Source: Gemmatimonadota bacterium
GTDB taxonomy: Bacteria > Gemmatimonadota > Gemmatimonadetes > Longimicrobiales > Gaopeijiaceae
Reading direction: 5' to 3'
Assembly (NCBI GenBank): GCA_039589315.1
Contig: JBDHHQ010000073.1
Location: 1-36,794, forward strand
Length of the DNA: 36,794 bases
The position numbers and the translations under genes are program-made. Below are positions 16,569 through 27,029 of the stretch, piece by piece. A model generated the notes under the pieces. It did no database searches, was not told the origin of the DNA, and saw only the letters and a program-made list of their open reading frames with translations. The number at the start of each line of letters is the position of its first letter. Within the stretch, counting starts at the first letter, position 1.

Positions 16569-17825
16569 ATGGACGTTACGACGGAGGTGGTGGTGATCGG
16601 TGCCGGCCAGGCAGGATTGGCCGTCAGCTATTTCCTCAAGGAGTCCCAGGTGAGGCACGTCGTCCTGGAACGTGGTACCATCGGCGATTCGTGGCGGTCA
16701 CAACGCTGGGATTCGTTTTGCCTCAATACGCCGAACTGGTCCAACAGCCTACCGGGGTTGGAGTTTGACTCGGAGGCTCCCGGGGCTTTTGGGCATCGGG
16801 ACGAGCTGGTGGCCTTCTTGGAACGCTACGCTCGGACCTTTGATCTTCCGGTTGAGCAGCGAACTCCTGTCACGCGCCTGGGGAGACTTTCGACAGGTCA
16901 CTATGAAGCGCACACCGAGAAGGGTGCCCTACGGGCGCGGGCGGTGGTGCTGGCGACCGGCAGTATGAGTCGACCCCGAGTACCGGAAATGGCCAAGGGC
17001 CTGGCGAGTGACATCGTCAGTATCTCCGCGGGAGAGTACAGAAACGCAGACGTCCTCCCGCCCGGTTCGGTGTTGATCGTCGGGAGTGGCCAGTCAGGAT
17101 GTCAAATCGCTGAGGACCTCCTCGCCGCGGGACGAGAAGTCTTCCTGTGTGCGAGCCGGGTGGGCCGCATTCCACGCGTCTACCGCGGCCGAGATATCTT
17201 GGACTGGTGGCGCGATATGGGTTTCTTGGACGTCAGAGTCGAGGAGTTGGAGGATCCATCCGCGCGGTTCGCGGCCCAGCCGCAGGTCTCCGGAACGAAC
17301 GGAGGCCACACCGTCAGCCTCCAGTCCCTGGCCCGCGACGGTGCCACCTTGCTCGGGCGGGCGACCCGGGTACAGGGAGGCCGCGTCACCCTCGGTGGCG
17401 ATCTCCTCGAATGCGTCACGTTTGCCGACGAGAAGTCTCGCTCATTCAAGGCAGCGATCGACGACTGGATCGACCGGCAGGCTGTCTCCGCTGAACCACC
17501 CGCGGTGGATCCGGGCGAACCGCCGCTACCGGACCTCGGCGGCTCAGACCGGCTCGACGAATTGGATCTGCGAGATGCCGGGGTCAGCTGCGTCATCTGG
17601 TGCGTCGGCTTCGATGCAGATTGGAGCTGGGTGAAGGTGGGCGTGTTCGACGAAGACGGCCGGCCACGACATCAAGGCGGCATAACCGATTCGCCCGGCA
17701 TCTACTTCGTCGGTCATCCGTGGCTCTCAAAGCGCGGAAGCGGGATTCTGTACGGTGTGTCCGAGGACGCCAGTAGGATTGTCGGACATTTGCGACGCCA
17801 CGTGCTCCGCGATCCGGCCGTCTAG
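16569..17825 (+). CDS. FAD/NAD(P)-dependent oxidoreductase (flavin-containing monooxygenase-like)
   Basis: VIGAGQAG, W.SQRWDSF.LNTPNW, VLATG, IVGSGQSGCQIAEDL, PGIYFVG. Confidence 0.92.
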   Translation: MDVTTEVVVIGAGQAGLAVSYFLKESQVRHVVLERGTIGDSWRSQRWDSFCLNTPNWSNSLPGLEFDSEAPGAFGHRDELVAFLERYARTFDLPVEQRTPVTRLGRLSTGHYEAHTEKGALRARAVVLATGSMSRPRVPEMAKGLASDIVSISAGEYRNADVLPPGSVLIVGSGQSGCQIAEDLLAAGREVFLCASRVGRIPRVYRGRDILDWWRDMGFLDVRVEELEDPSARFAAQPQVSGTNGGHTVSLQSLARDGATLLGRATRVQGGRVTLGGDLLECVTFADEKSRSFKAAIDDWIDRQAVSAEPPAVDPGEPPLPDLGGSDRLDELDLRDAGVSCVIWCVGFDADWSWVKVGVFDEDGRPRHQGGITDSPGIYFVGHPWLSKRGSGILYGVSEDASRIVGHLRRHVLRDPAV

Positions 17826-17882
17826 ACACGGCGAATCGTAGAACAGCTGCACCACCAAGAGGCGAACCAGGCCGCGCCAAAC

Positions 17883-18368
17883 ATGAGTGACTCGATGATC
17901 CATGACCCCACCATTCGGCTCGCCACGGCAGAGGACGCTGCCGAGCTCGCGCGTCTGCTCTCGCCCCTGGGGTATCCCATCTCTGCCACCGACGTCGCGA
18001 TGGTGTGGGAGGCGTGGGTAGCGGGGGGCAATTTTGCGCTGGTGGTCCCCGGGGCGGACTCGCTCCTTGGTGCGATCACGCTACATCGCATGGTCGTGCT
18101 GCATCGAGCCAAGCCCGTGGGCCGCATCACCTCGCTGGCCGTCGATCCTTCGGCGCGCGGGCAGGGGCTCGGCCGCGCCCTGATGCAGGCTGCGGAGGAC
18201 GCGATGGTCAAGTCCGCCTGTGGCCTGCTCGAGGTGACGAGCCACGTACGTCGCACCGAGGCACACGCCTTCTACCGGCACATGGCGTATGAGCAGACGA
18301 GCTTCCGCTTCGCCAAGGTGTTCGCTCCGTCGGCCACGGGGCACCGAGGAGTCGCGACGGACATTTGA
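17883..18368 (+). CDS. GNAT family N-acetyltransferase
   Basis: GRITSLAVDPSARGQGLG; LEVTSHVRRTEAHAFY. Confidence 0.9.
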   Translation: MSDSMIHDPTIRLATAEDAAELARLLSPLGYPISATDVAMVWEAWVAGGNFALVVPGADSLLGAITLHRMVVLHRAKPVGRITSLAVDPSARGQGLGRALMQAAEDAMVKSACGLLEVTSHVRRTEAHAFYRHMAYEQTSFRFAKVFAPSATGHRGVATDI

Positions 18369-18371
18369 GGA

Positions 18372-18824
18372 ATGACGTTGATTCGGTATCGAGAGGCGAT
18401 CGTCGAAGACGTGCTAGGGATGGAGAGCGTCCGTGCTCCAGACTCCGAGGCGGGCCCGGCCGATGTTCGAATGGCCAGGTATCTGCGCGGCGAGCACCAC
18501 CCGCAGCAGGCGCTCATGCCTCGCGTCATGTACGTCGCCGCCGACACCGAAGCAGTCGTGGGCTATATCGGCGGCCATCTAACCCACCGCTACGGGTGCG
18601 ACGGGGAGCTGCAGTACCTGTACGTCACCCCGTGCCACCGCCGATGTGGCGTCGCGTCCGGGATGCTACACGTTCTCTGGCGTTGGTTCCTGGAGCGCGA
18701 CGCGTCACGCATCTGCGTCGATGTCGAGCCAGACAACGCGGCGGCGCGAGGGTTCTACCTGAGCCATGGCGCGACCTATCTCAACAGTCACTGGCTCGTT
18801 TGGCCGGACATCCGCGGGCCTTGA
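18372..18824 (+). CDS. GNAT family N-acetyltransferase
   Basis: GELQYLYVTPCHRRCGVA; NAAARGFY; GAGG RBS; 3 bp after upstream GNAT. Confidence 0.9.
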   Translation: MTLIRYREAIVEDVLGMESVRAPDSEAGPADVRMARYLRGEHHPQQALMPRVMYVAADTEAVVGYIGGHLTHRYGCDGELQYLYVTPCHRRCGVASGMLHVLWRWFLERDASRICVDVEPDNAAARGFYLSHGATYLNSHWLVWPDIRGP

Positions 18825-19001
18825 TGGGTCGGATCGCGGGGTTGTGATGAGACAGGGACTGCTTTGGCGCCGGAGGCTGAAGGGGGTCGGGGCGGTCCGC
18901 AGTGGTGCCGCGGTTGGTGTGCCCCCAGTCTCCTGTGTTGCCAGGCACAGAGGTCCTCCGTGGCTCGGGTGCCAGAGGAAGTCGTCTGCGCGGTCGACCT
19001 G

Positions 19002-20057
19002 CTACGCGCTGTTGGCTCGCTCCATCTCCAGCAGCCGCTTCTTCCGCCAGATTCCCCCGCCGTAGCCCACGAGCTTGCCGTCGGCTCCGACCACGCGATG
19101 ACAGGGCACGACAATGGCCAGGGCGTTGTCGCCGTTGGCGTTCCCCACGGCCCGTACGGCCTCGGGGCGACCGATGGAGTCGGCCAGGTCCTTGTAGCTG
19201 CGGGTCTCTCCGTAGGGGATGGCCCTGAGGGCCTTCCACACGCTCTTCTGGAATGGCGTCCCGGCGACGGCCAGTGGGAGGTGGAAGTCACGCCGACGGC
19301 CGTCGAAGTAGTCACCGACCTGATCAGCCACCCGCTCCACCAGGACGTTGGCGCCCGGGACGAACGCCGCGTTCAGCTTGGACCCGATGCGCTTGATCTG
19401 GTTCGCCAGCGCCCGCCGGTCTACGAACTCGAGCAGACAGAGCGCCTCGTCCGTAGCGCCCACCAGCATGGGACCCAGGGGCGTCAAGATCCTGTGCACG
19501 TGGACCACCGACCGTCCGGTCGTATCGGTGGGATTCGATCCGAAGTAGCGGCGGAAGGCTTCGTGGAACCCGCTCAGCGAATCGTAGCCGCTGTCGAAGG
19601 CTGCTCGAGTGACTTCCGCACCGTCCTTCATCCACCCCAGCGCCGAGCCCAGGCGGCGGGCGCGACTATAGGCGTGGAAGGTCATTCCGTGATGCCGTTG
19701 GAACCACCTTCTCACGCGCCCGGGGCTGAGCCCGTACGCACGGATGTCGGCATCGGTCCAACGTCGTGTCGGGTCGCCGTCCACCGCCGTCAACAGCGCC
19801 TGCAACCACTCGGGGGGCTGCCCGGCGTGCTCCATCGGGCGGCATCGCTTGCATGGGCGATACCCTCCGAGGAGCGCTTCTCTCGGGGATCCGAAGAACG
19901 AGATGTTCTCGTGGCGGGGCTTTCGGGCGGTACATGAAGGGCGGCAGAAGATGCCGGTGGTGCGTACCGCGGTCACGAAGATGCCGTCGAAGGAGGCGTC
20001 TCGTCCCAGGAACGCGTCCAGCATGACCGACTCGGGGGGCAGCATGTGTGTATCCAT
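19002..20057 (-). CDS. ada: Bifunctional transcriptional activator / O6-methylguanine-DNA methyltransferase
   Basis: Ada Zn domain TTGIFCRPSC and GYRPCKRC; AraC-type HTH (SGYDSLSGF); C-terminal AVRAVG.ANG.N and PCHRV active site. Confidence 0.93.
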   Translation of the reverse strand: MDTHMLPPESVMLDAFLGRDASFDGIFVTAVRTTGIFCRPSCTARKPRHENISFFGSPREALLGGYRPCKRCRPMEHAGQPPEWLQALLTAVDGDPTRRWTDADIRAYGLSPGRVRRWFQRHHGMTFHAYSRARRLGSALGWMKDGAEVTRAAFDSGYDSLSGFHEAFRRYFGSNPTDTTGRSVVHVHRILTPLGPMLVGATDEALCLLEFVDRRALANQIKRIGSKLNAAFVPGANVLVERVADQVGDYFDGRRRDFHLPLAVAGTPFQKSVWKALRAIPYGETRSYKDLADSIGRPEAVRAVGNANGDNALAIVVPCHRVVGADGKLVGYGGGIWRKKRLLEMERANSA

Positions 20058-20178
20058 GGACCCAAGATGGCTCTTGCCGTGATGGAGCACTACCGAAATC
20101 CAGACGTCGAATTCGGACCCGCCCCCACTCCGGCTCCACCTCCGCTGTCGCGCTCGCAGCGGACGGAGCTGGACTCCG

Positions 20179-20446
20179 TCAGAACCCGCTGCTGTCTCTG
20201 GGCTCACTATGGTGGCGGAACCGCGAAGAGCGAAGTTCCGAGATGTCCAGGCTCTCGGCCTGGCCGCCGAGGGCGAGCTCGCACACGAGCATGCCGGCGG
20301 CCGGTGCGTGCATGAGCCCCGTGCCGGAGAATCCGGCGGCCGTGAGCGAGGAGCGTGCGCACACCGGCCTTGGCCATGTAATAGGCACACGCCAAACCGA
20401 CGATTCCCCCGCCGACCACTACGACGTCGTGTGTGTCCTCGCGCAT
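20179..20446 (-). pseudogene. FAD-dependent oxidoreductase (sarcosine/D-amino-acid oxidase-like), ends only
   Basis: N-terminus DVVVVGGGIVGLACAYYMAKAG joined out of frame to C-terminus AAGFSGTGLMHAPAAG..VCEL....LDISELRSSRF. Confidence 0.8.
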
Positions 20447-20529
20447 ACCAGAGTCTACCCTTGGCGCAGTATGGAGAGGAGGGTCGTGGCGCAGATTCAC
20501 CTGGCGGAGCCGGTGCACCGCGAGGGGGG

Positions 20530-20717
20530 CGGTGAAGTGCCAAGTCGTTGGCGAGATCCAACTCATACGCCGTAAACGACAGCTCGGGAAAGACGAGCAA
20601 TCGGGTCCCTGCTTCCGCCGCGGCGTGAACGAGTCCAGCGTGCCGCTCGACGTTGGCGTGGATATCACCCCGGCGGTGGATAATCTGGGCGGCGGCCAAC
20701 GCGCGACGGCTTGACAT
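20530..20717 (-). pseudogene. Carbon-nitrogen hydrolase (nitrilase family) N-terminal fragment
   Basis: LAAAQ....GDIHANVERH....AA.AG..LLVFPELSFTAYE; catalytic Lys and Cys regions absent. Confidence 0.8.
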
Positions 20718-21092
20718 GTCGACACCAGCAGGCTCGTTGTGGTTCTTCACGGCACGGACCTGAATCGTCAGAATTCCGCGGTAAAGCCGCCGGCGACCGG
20801 TGCCGTTGCATGAGAATGCCGATCACGCAGGGGGCTCGAGCAGATGATCAAGGCAGCGGAGGGGCTTCTTCGGATTACCGTGGCCGCAGGGTTCACCGCT
20901 GGTGCCCTAGGGGCTGTGCCCCCCAAGCGCGGTGCGGCCGGACGGGACGAAGCTCGACCGCACTCGGCTTGCAGCTGGTGCTCGGGAGCCGGCATAGTGG
21001 TGAAAGGGGAACGACAGATCCACCAGAGAACCCGGAGAAGGAATGCGGAGTCCTGCTGAGAAGCCATTTCGCTTCCGACCCCTTACCCGGGT

Positions 21093-22316
21093 ATGAAGAC
21101 CCGAAGCGCCATCTTGGTCAGCGGAGTCATCGTGTCGACGCTCGCTGCGGCGTGCGCCTCGCCGCCCCCGGAGCAGGATATCAGGCTCGTTCTGGCCGGG
21201 CAGGCCCTGATCAAGAAGGACCCCAGGCTCCGTTGGGACGATGCATTCGGCTCGCTTCGACCCATTCTGGACCGCGCCGACGTCGCCTTCACGAACTTCG
21301 AGATGGCGATCATGTCCGACGAGGACCGTTGCGGCCTTCCTCTCGACTACGAGGTCTCCCTCGGAACACCCCGGTTGGCTGCCGGACGCCGTCCGGGCAA
21401 TTCTGGCGGCCCCCACGCGGTGGCCCCCTCGGTCATGGGGTTCCTGGCCGCCCTGGGGTTCGACCTCATGTCTCTCGCGAACAACCATGCCTGGGACCTG
21501 GGGGACTGCGGGGTGGCCGCGACGCGCGCGGCGGCCGCAGCCCATGGCGTCACACACGCGGGCACGGGGCCCGACGTCGAGACGGCGACAGCCCCGGGTT
21601 ACCTCACGGTCGGGGACCTGACGATCGGATTGGTGGCGGCAACGACGAGCCATGACGAGCGCGCTGCGATCGGACACGCCGTGAACGGCGTGTGGACCGG
21701 CTGGCAGGAGGACTGGGATCGTAATCTCGCTGCGGTTCGGGACGCGGCTGACCGAGCGGATCTCGTCATCTTCTACCAGCACTTCCAGCTCGATCTGGAT
21801 GAGTTCTCAGGTCTAGCCCCTGGCCAGGCCACCGGCGACGGTCACATGTGGGTCGAGGATGTTGCGGCCTGGCAGACCCGGTTTGCCCGCGCTGTCCTGG
21901 ATGCTGGAGCCTCCATCTATGTGGGGCATGGGCATCGAGCCTTCGACGGGGTCGAGGTCTACCACGGCAAACCCCTCCTTCGTCAATTGGGCGGCCTGGC
22001 CTACCAAGGGCTGAACCCCGAGCTCGGCGCCTATGACGAGCACCGCCCCTGGGAAGGCCTCCTCGCCGAGCTCACGATCCGGGGAGGCGTGCTCACGCGA
22101 ATGGAGTTCACACCGCTCGACCTGGACGAAGGCGAGGCCTATCGGCCGGGTTTCGACGACGTGGAGTTCCTGTCACGCCGCGGTCTCGCTGAAGTGGCGA
22201 CCGGGCCGCTCGCCGACTCCATCCTCATCAGGCTCCGGGAGCTCTCGGCCGCCTACGGAGCCAACCTGACGATCGCCAATGGCCGTGCCGCCGTGGATAT
22301 CGGCTCCCAGCGGTGA
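21093..22316 (+). CDS. CapA/PgsA family metallophosphatase-like lipoprotein
   Basis: ADVAFTNFE, GFDLMSLANNHAWDLG, HAGTG, DAGASIYVGHGH, GVEVYHGKP; AAAC lipobox. Confidence 0.88.
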   Translation: MKTRSAILVSGVIVSTLAAACASPPPEQDIRLVLAGQALIKKDPRLRWDDAFGSLRPILDRADVAFTNFEMAIMSDEDRCGLPLDYEVSLGTPRLAAGRRPGNSGGPHAVAPSVMGFLAALGFDLMSLANNHAWDLGDCGVAATRAAAAAHGVTHAGTGPDVETATAPGYLTVGDLTIGLVAATTSHDERAAIGHAVNGVWTGWQEDWDRNLAAVRDAADRADLVIFYQHFQLDLDEFSGLAPGQATGDGHMWVEDVAAWQTRFARAVLDAGASIYVGHGHRAFDGVEVYHGKPLLRQLGGLAYQGLNPELGAYDEHRPWEGLLAELTIRGGVLTRMEFTPLDLDEGEAYRPGFDDVEFLSRRGLAEVATGPLADSILIRLRELSAAYGANLTIANGRAAVDIGSQR

Positions 22317-22505
22317 AGCGCAGCTGGGCTGCACGGTCGCGCATCGAGAGGCGTCGTAGACGGGAGATCGCGGGACACAGCGGGTCGGCGAACATGCTCC
22401 AGCCATTCCGCGAAGCCGGATCGTTGACACCGGCCTCGTGAGGGAGTCCGGCGTGAGCTGCCGCGCGCACGACGAGATGACGCAGCCAACACCCAGCCAC
22501 GCATC

Positions 22506-23912
22506 ATGAACCAAGACGACTATCTCGTTTGGGCGCAGAGAGCCGCCCAGTGGGGGGCCGCCTATTTGTCGACGCTCCGCGACCGCCCCGTGCGCGCCCA
22601 GACCACGCCCGGCGCGACCGCCGCTCTGCTGCCGGCAGAGCCGCCCGAGCACCCGGAGGGCATGGAGACGATCTTCGCGGACTTCGAGCGTATCGTGCCT
22701 GGCGCGATGACACACTGGCAGCACCCGCGCTTCTTCGCCTACTTCCCCGCCAACGCGGCACCCGTCTCGATGGTTGCCGAGCAGCTGATCAGCGTGATGG
22801 CAGCCCAGTGCATGCTCTGGCAGACCTCTCCGGCAGCGACCGAGATGGAGTCCCGCATGGTCGACTGGATGCGGCAGGCCCTGGGCCTTCCGTCAGGTTT
22901 CGACGGAGTGATCCAGGACTCGGCAAGCTCTGCCACGCTGTCAGCCGTGCTCACGATGCGCGAACGGGCGCTCGCGTGGCGAGGCCTCGAAACGGGAATG
23001 GCCGCCGAGCCGCGGCTGCGGGTCTATGCCTCGTCCCAAGCCCACTCTTCGGTCGACAAGGCCATCCGCATCGCTGGAATCGGGCAGCGGAACCTGGTCA
23101 AGATCCGGACCGATGAAACGTGGGCGCTCGACCCCGCCGCGCTGCGAGCGACCATCGAAGCCGATCGCGCGGCCGGATTCATGCCCGCCGGGCTCGTGTT
23201 GTGCGTAGGAGGTACCTCGATCGGGGCCTCGGACCACCTGCGCGAATCGATCGCTGTGGCGCGCTCGGAGGATCTCTACGTCCATGTCGATGCCGCGTGG
23301 GCCGGCTCGGCAATGATCTGCCCCGAATTACGCGATATCTGGGAGGGCGTCGAGGGCGCGGACAGCATCGTCTTCAACCCGCACAAGTGGCTCGGGGCCC
23401 AATTCGACTGCTCCGTCCAGTTTCTGGCCGATCCTGGGCCCCAGGTTCGCACCCTCGGCCTACGCCCCGATTACCTGCGCACCCTCGGGCAAGACGGGGA
23501 GGTGATCAACTACAGCGAGTGGACGGTGCCACTGGGGCGCCGCTTTCGGGCCCTCAAGCTCTGGTTCCTCCTGCGAGCTCATGGGCTCGAAGGGCTGCGC
23601 GGGCGGATTCGGAACCACATCGCGTGGGCGCAAGAAGCCGCGGAGGCCGTCGGTGCCCTGGACGACTTTCGCCTGACGACGCCCTGCCGCCTTTCGTTGT
23701 TTACCTTTCAGTACGCTCCCGACGGCGAGAGCCCCGACGCGGCCACTGAGCGGTTGATTCGGCGCGTCAATGACGACGGTCGCATCTACCTGACCCAGAC
23801 GGCCCATGACGGCAGGTTCGTGATCCGCTTCCAGGTAGGACAGTTCGACTGCACGCGAGACGACGTCATGCAGGCCGTCCGCGTGCTGCAAGAAGTCGCC
23901 GCGGGGATGTAA
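22506..23912 (+). CDS. PLP-dependent group II decarboxylase, aromatic-L-amino-acid decarboxylase-like
   Basis: THWQHPRFFAYFP, SPAATEME, AHSSVDKA, HVDAAWAG, NPHKW, LGRRFRALKLWF. Confidence 0.93.
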   Translation: MNQDDYLVWAQRAAQWGAAYLSTLRDRPVRAQTTPGATAALLPAEPPEHPEGMETIFADFERIVPGAMTHWQHPRFFAYFPANAAPVSMVAEQLISVMAAQCMLWQTSPAATEMESRMVDWMRQALGLPSGFDGVIQDSASSATLSAVLTMRERALAWRGLETGMAAEPRLRVYASSQAHSSVDKAIRIAGIGQRNLVKIRTDETWALDPAALRATIEADRAAGFMPAGLVLCVGGTSIGASDHLRESIAVARSEDLYVHVDAAWAGSAMICPELRDIWEGVEGADSIVFNPHKWLGAQFDCSVQFLADPGPQVRTLGLRPDYLRTLGQDGEVINYSEWTVPLGRRFRALKLWFLLRAHGLEGLRGRIRNHIAWAQEAAEAVGALDDFRLTTPCRLSLFTFQYAPDGESPDAATERLIRRVNDDGRIYLTQTAHDGRFVIRFQVGQFDCTRDDVMQAVRVLQEVAAGM

Positions 23913-24079
23913 GGTGGTGCCCAAGGAGCGACGGGCGGATGAGCTCGACGAGCGCGACGTCTGGCGGCAACGCGCGGGATACGGAGGATACGTCAGTTGG
24001 ACTCTGGTGGGGGAGGACACCTAGCAGAGCCCGTCGAGCGATCGCTGCCCCACCCAATCGTCGAAAGGTCCACCGACCC

Positions 24080-25300
24080 ATGAGGTTCTTCATCATGCTG
24101 TCGTTCTTGCTCTTGGGAACCGGATGTGCCCCCGACTCGCCGGCCGACGACGTCGCGGATGCGGAGAGCCGCGTGCCGGAGATCGCTCGGACGTCGATCA
24201 TCATCGATACCCATGTCGACGTACCGTACCGTCTCGACGAGCTGTGGGAGGACGTTTCCGAGGCCACGGAGCACGGCAACTTCGACTACCCGAGGGCTGT
24301 GGCGGGCGGTCTGAACGCGCCCTTCATGTCGATCTACACGCCTTCCGAGCTCGAAGCCGAGGGGCGCTCCCGAGAGCTGGCCGAACACTTGATCGACATG
24401 GTCGAGGGCATAGCGGCCGACTCGCCGGACAAGTTTCGGATCGCCTATTCGACTGCCGATGTACGTCGTGACTTCGAGGATGGCGTCATCTCGTTGCCGA
24501 TGGGTATGGAGAACGGCTCGCCCATCGAGGGCGACCTGGGCAACGTCGCTCACTTCTACGAGCGCGGCATTCGCTACATCACCCTCGCCCACAACCTCTC
24601 GAATCACATCGCCGATTCGTCCCGCGACGACCCCCGGTGGGACGGCCTCAGTCCCTTCGGTGAGGAGGTCGTACGCGAGATGAACCGGCTCGGTGTCATG
24701 GTCGACGTGAGTCACGTGTCCGATGACGCCTTCTGGGACGTGATGGAGATCTCGGCCGTCCCGGTGATCGCTTCGCACTCGTCGCCACGGCACTTCACGC
24801 CCGGGTGGCCCCGCAACATGTCCGACGAGATGATCACCGCTCTGGCCGAGAAGGGCGGGGTGATCATGATCAACTTCGGATCGAGCTTCCTTTCGCAAGA
24901 GGCGAACCAATACCGCTATGGCCGACGTGATGCCTACCGCGCGTACCTGAGCGAAGCGGGTCTGCCGGCCAGCGATGTGGAAGAGGCAGCCTTCAACGCG
25001 CGGTGGTCGGACGAGCACGGCCCCTTTCCGTTCGCAGACCTCGAGCACGTCCTGGATCACTTCGACCACGTGGTCGGTCTCGTTGGCGTGGACCACGTCG
25101 GAATCGGGTCGGACTACGACGGCGTGGGGGACACGCTGCCGATCGGGCTCAAGGACGTGAGCACCTACCCGACGCTGATTCGCGGTCTCCTCGAACGGGG
25201 ACACTCGGTAGCGGATGTGCGGAAGATCCTCGGAGAGAACCTGCTCCGGGTGTGGGGTGAGGTCGAGTCCTACGCCGCCGCTGCGCCGACAGCCTCGTGA
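24080..25300 (+). CDS. Membrane dipeptidase, peptidase M19, lipoprotein
   Basis: IIDTHVD, MGMENG, GIRYITLAH, VDVSHVS, IASHSS, HVGIGSDYDG, KILGENLLRV; GTGC lipobox-like signal. Confidence 0.93.
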   Translation: MRFFIMLSFLLLGTGCAPDSPADDVADAESRVPEIARTSIIIDTHVDVPYRLDELWEDVSEATEHGNFDYPRAVAGGLNAPFMSIYTPSELEAEGRSRELAEHLIDMVEGIAADSPDKFRIAYSTADVRRDFEDGVISLPMGMENGSPIEGDLGNVAHFYERGIRYITLAHNLSNHIADSSRDDPRWDGLSPFGEEVVREMNRLGVMVDVSHVSDDAFWDVMEISAVPVIASHSSPRHFTPGWPRNMSDEMITALAEKGGVIMINFGSSFLSQEANQYRYGRRDAYRAYLSEAGLPASDVEEAAFNARWSDEHGPFPFADLEHVLDHFDHVVGLVGVDHVGIGSDYDGVGDTLPIGLKDVSTYPTLIRGLLERGHSVADVRKILGENLLRVWGEVESYAAAAPTAS

Positions 25301-25314
25301 GGGCGGGAGAATCG

Positions 25315-26076
25315 ATGACGAGCAGAGCCGAGCGGGTCGCCGCACTCTACGACATACACGGCAACCTCCCGGCGCTCGAGGCCGTCCTTCGAGACATCCA
25401 CGACGCGGGAGTCGATCACATCGTCGTCGGCGGGGACGTCATTCCGGGACCGATGCCGCGAGAGGCGCTCGAAACCCTGTTCGAGTTGGACGTACCGGTC
25501 AGCTTCATCCACGGCAACGGCGAGCGTGAGGTGCTCGCTCGTCTAGCGGGCATCGAGACGGGCGCAGTCCCGGAGCGGTTTCGCGAGGTCATCCGGTGGG
25601 TGGGACAGCAGTTGCCCGACCGGTATGTGGAGCTCCTCGAGAGCTGGCCGCCGACGCTCGCAGTCGACGTGCGTGGCGTTGGCCAAGTGCTGTTCTGCCA
25701 TGCGACACCCCGCGACGACAACGAGATCTTCACCAGGCTGACGCCCGAGGACCGGCTCGTCCCTGTCTTCGAACCGGTGAGAGCCCGGGTCGTCGTCTGC
25801 GGTCACACCCACATGCAATTCGACCGTGCCATAGGAACCACGCGTGTCGTGAACGCGGGCAGCGTGGGCATGCCGTTCGGGGAACCGGGCGCGTATTGGC
25901 TCATGGTGGGACCCGACCTCGAGCTGCGCCGGACCAGCTACGACATCGAGGCGGCGGCCGAGCGCGTGCGCGCTACGGAGTATCCACACGCGCAAGAGTT
26001 CGCGGCGGAGAACGTCCTGCGGTCCCCGGCCGAGGCCGCGATGCTCGAGGCGTTCGAGCGGGCGGCGCTCCGATAA
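25315..26076 (+). CDS. Metallophosphoesterase family protein
   Basis: DIHGN, GGD, HGNGE, CHATP, CGHTH, NAGSVG. Confidence 0.92.
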   Translation: MTSRAERVAALYDIHGNLPALEAVLRDIHDAGVDHIVVGGDVIPGPMPREALETLFELDVPVSFIHGNGEREVLARLAGIETGAVPERFREVIRWVGQQLPDRYVELLESWPPTLAVDVRGVGQVLFCHATPRDDNEIFTRLTPEDRLVPVFEPVRARVVVCGHTHMQFDRAIGTTRVVNAGSVGMPFGEPGAYWLMVGPDLELRRTSYDIEAAAERVRATEYPHAQEFAAENVLRSPAEAAMLEAFERAALR

Positions 26077-26288
26077 TCGGGTGCTGCGCGGGGGCCTGGC
26101 CGCAATCGCGCAAAAGCCGCGCTGCTGTACCGTCTAGGCACGGTCTGTGGAGCCCCGCCAGGGGCGCGTTGCTCCTGGTTGCGCCGACCTTCGTCGGATG
26201 TGCAGGTTTGACGTAGCGTCGATTGGCGCGCTTTCGAGGAGAGCCGCGACGCTTGGGCCAGAACGCTCCAGGAAGGGCGGACTCGCAT

Positions 26289-26858
26289 ATGTTCAACAAG
26301 CTCGATGTGCACCGGATCTTGAGGCGGGCGGCAGAGATGGAGGGGGCGGAGGACACCGCACTTCTCACGGTCGAAGAGCTGCGCTCGATTGCGGGCGAGG
26401 CCGGGTTCGGGGCGCGCAGCGTCGATCGTGCGATCGACGAGGCGCAGAAAGCCGGGTCCGCACCGGTTCACCGTCATCCGGTCCAGAAGTCGGGAGTCGT
26501 GATCACCCACCTCTCCACGATCCGAACGATTCCGATCGAGATCAGCTCAGAGCAGCTCATGACGGCAGTGCGGCTCTTTCAGCCCTATCGGGAGGGGCCG
26601 GCCCAGGTCAACCTCGGTGAGCACGAGATGACGTGGCGCGATCGTACGGGCCTCAGATTCACAGTCACCACCGGTGCGGGGGTGACGCAGATCCGCGTCT
26701 TCGTTTCGAAGATCCTGGTTCGACGGGGCCGCTGGATGGGCTGGGTGAACGCGGCGGCCGATACACTGGAATCGCTGGTCTCCCTGGTGGCGAATGGGGA
26801 CCAACCGCGCAAGGCGTCCCACGCGCAACTCCCACGAGCCGGGATTCCACCCGCCTGA
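26289..26858 (+). CDS. Hypothetical protein
   Basis: Protein-like ORF (ILRRAAE....LTVEELRSIAGEAG) with GC-rich codon bias; no family recognised. Confidence 0.7.
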   Translation: MFNKLDVHRILRRAAEMEGAEDTALLTVEELRSIAGEAGFGARSVDRAIDEAQKAGSAPVHRHPVQKSGVVITHLSTIRTIPIEISSEQLMTAVRLFQPYREGPAQVNLGEHEMTWRDRTGLRFTVTTGAGVTQIRVFVSKILVRRGRWMGWVNAAADTLESLVSLVANGDQPRKASHAQLPRAGIPPA

Positions 26859-27029
26859 ATGGACGTGGAGCCACTGCCACACACCCATGAAATGCAGGAC
26901 ACTGCCGTTTGGCGAGGACATTGTCCTGTCGCTTCTGGTTTCGGTCGTCCTGGCGGAGGTGCGACGACCGTTGTCGTCGGCCTAGATAACGGGACGCCCG
27001 GCGAGTAGCCGCGTCCTCACGCACGGCAG

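Noticed and set aside
20844..21059. Short ORF with a signal-like start (MIKAAEGLLRITVAAGF)
   Set aside because: May be another gene stub, but no family match and the remainder is low-complexity
23993..25345. Long antisense ORFs (also 14852-16015, 13715-14629, 8861-9808, 18864-19937, 35952-36758)
   Set aside because: Shadows of well-supported genes on the opposite strand, expected in GC-rich DNA; no motifs
26895..26930. AGGACACTGCC / AGGACATTGTCC repeats as an operator
   Set aside because: Short and imperfect, with no promoter or regulator to tie them to
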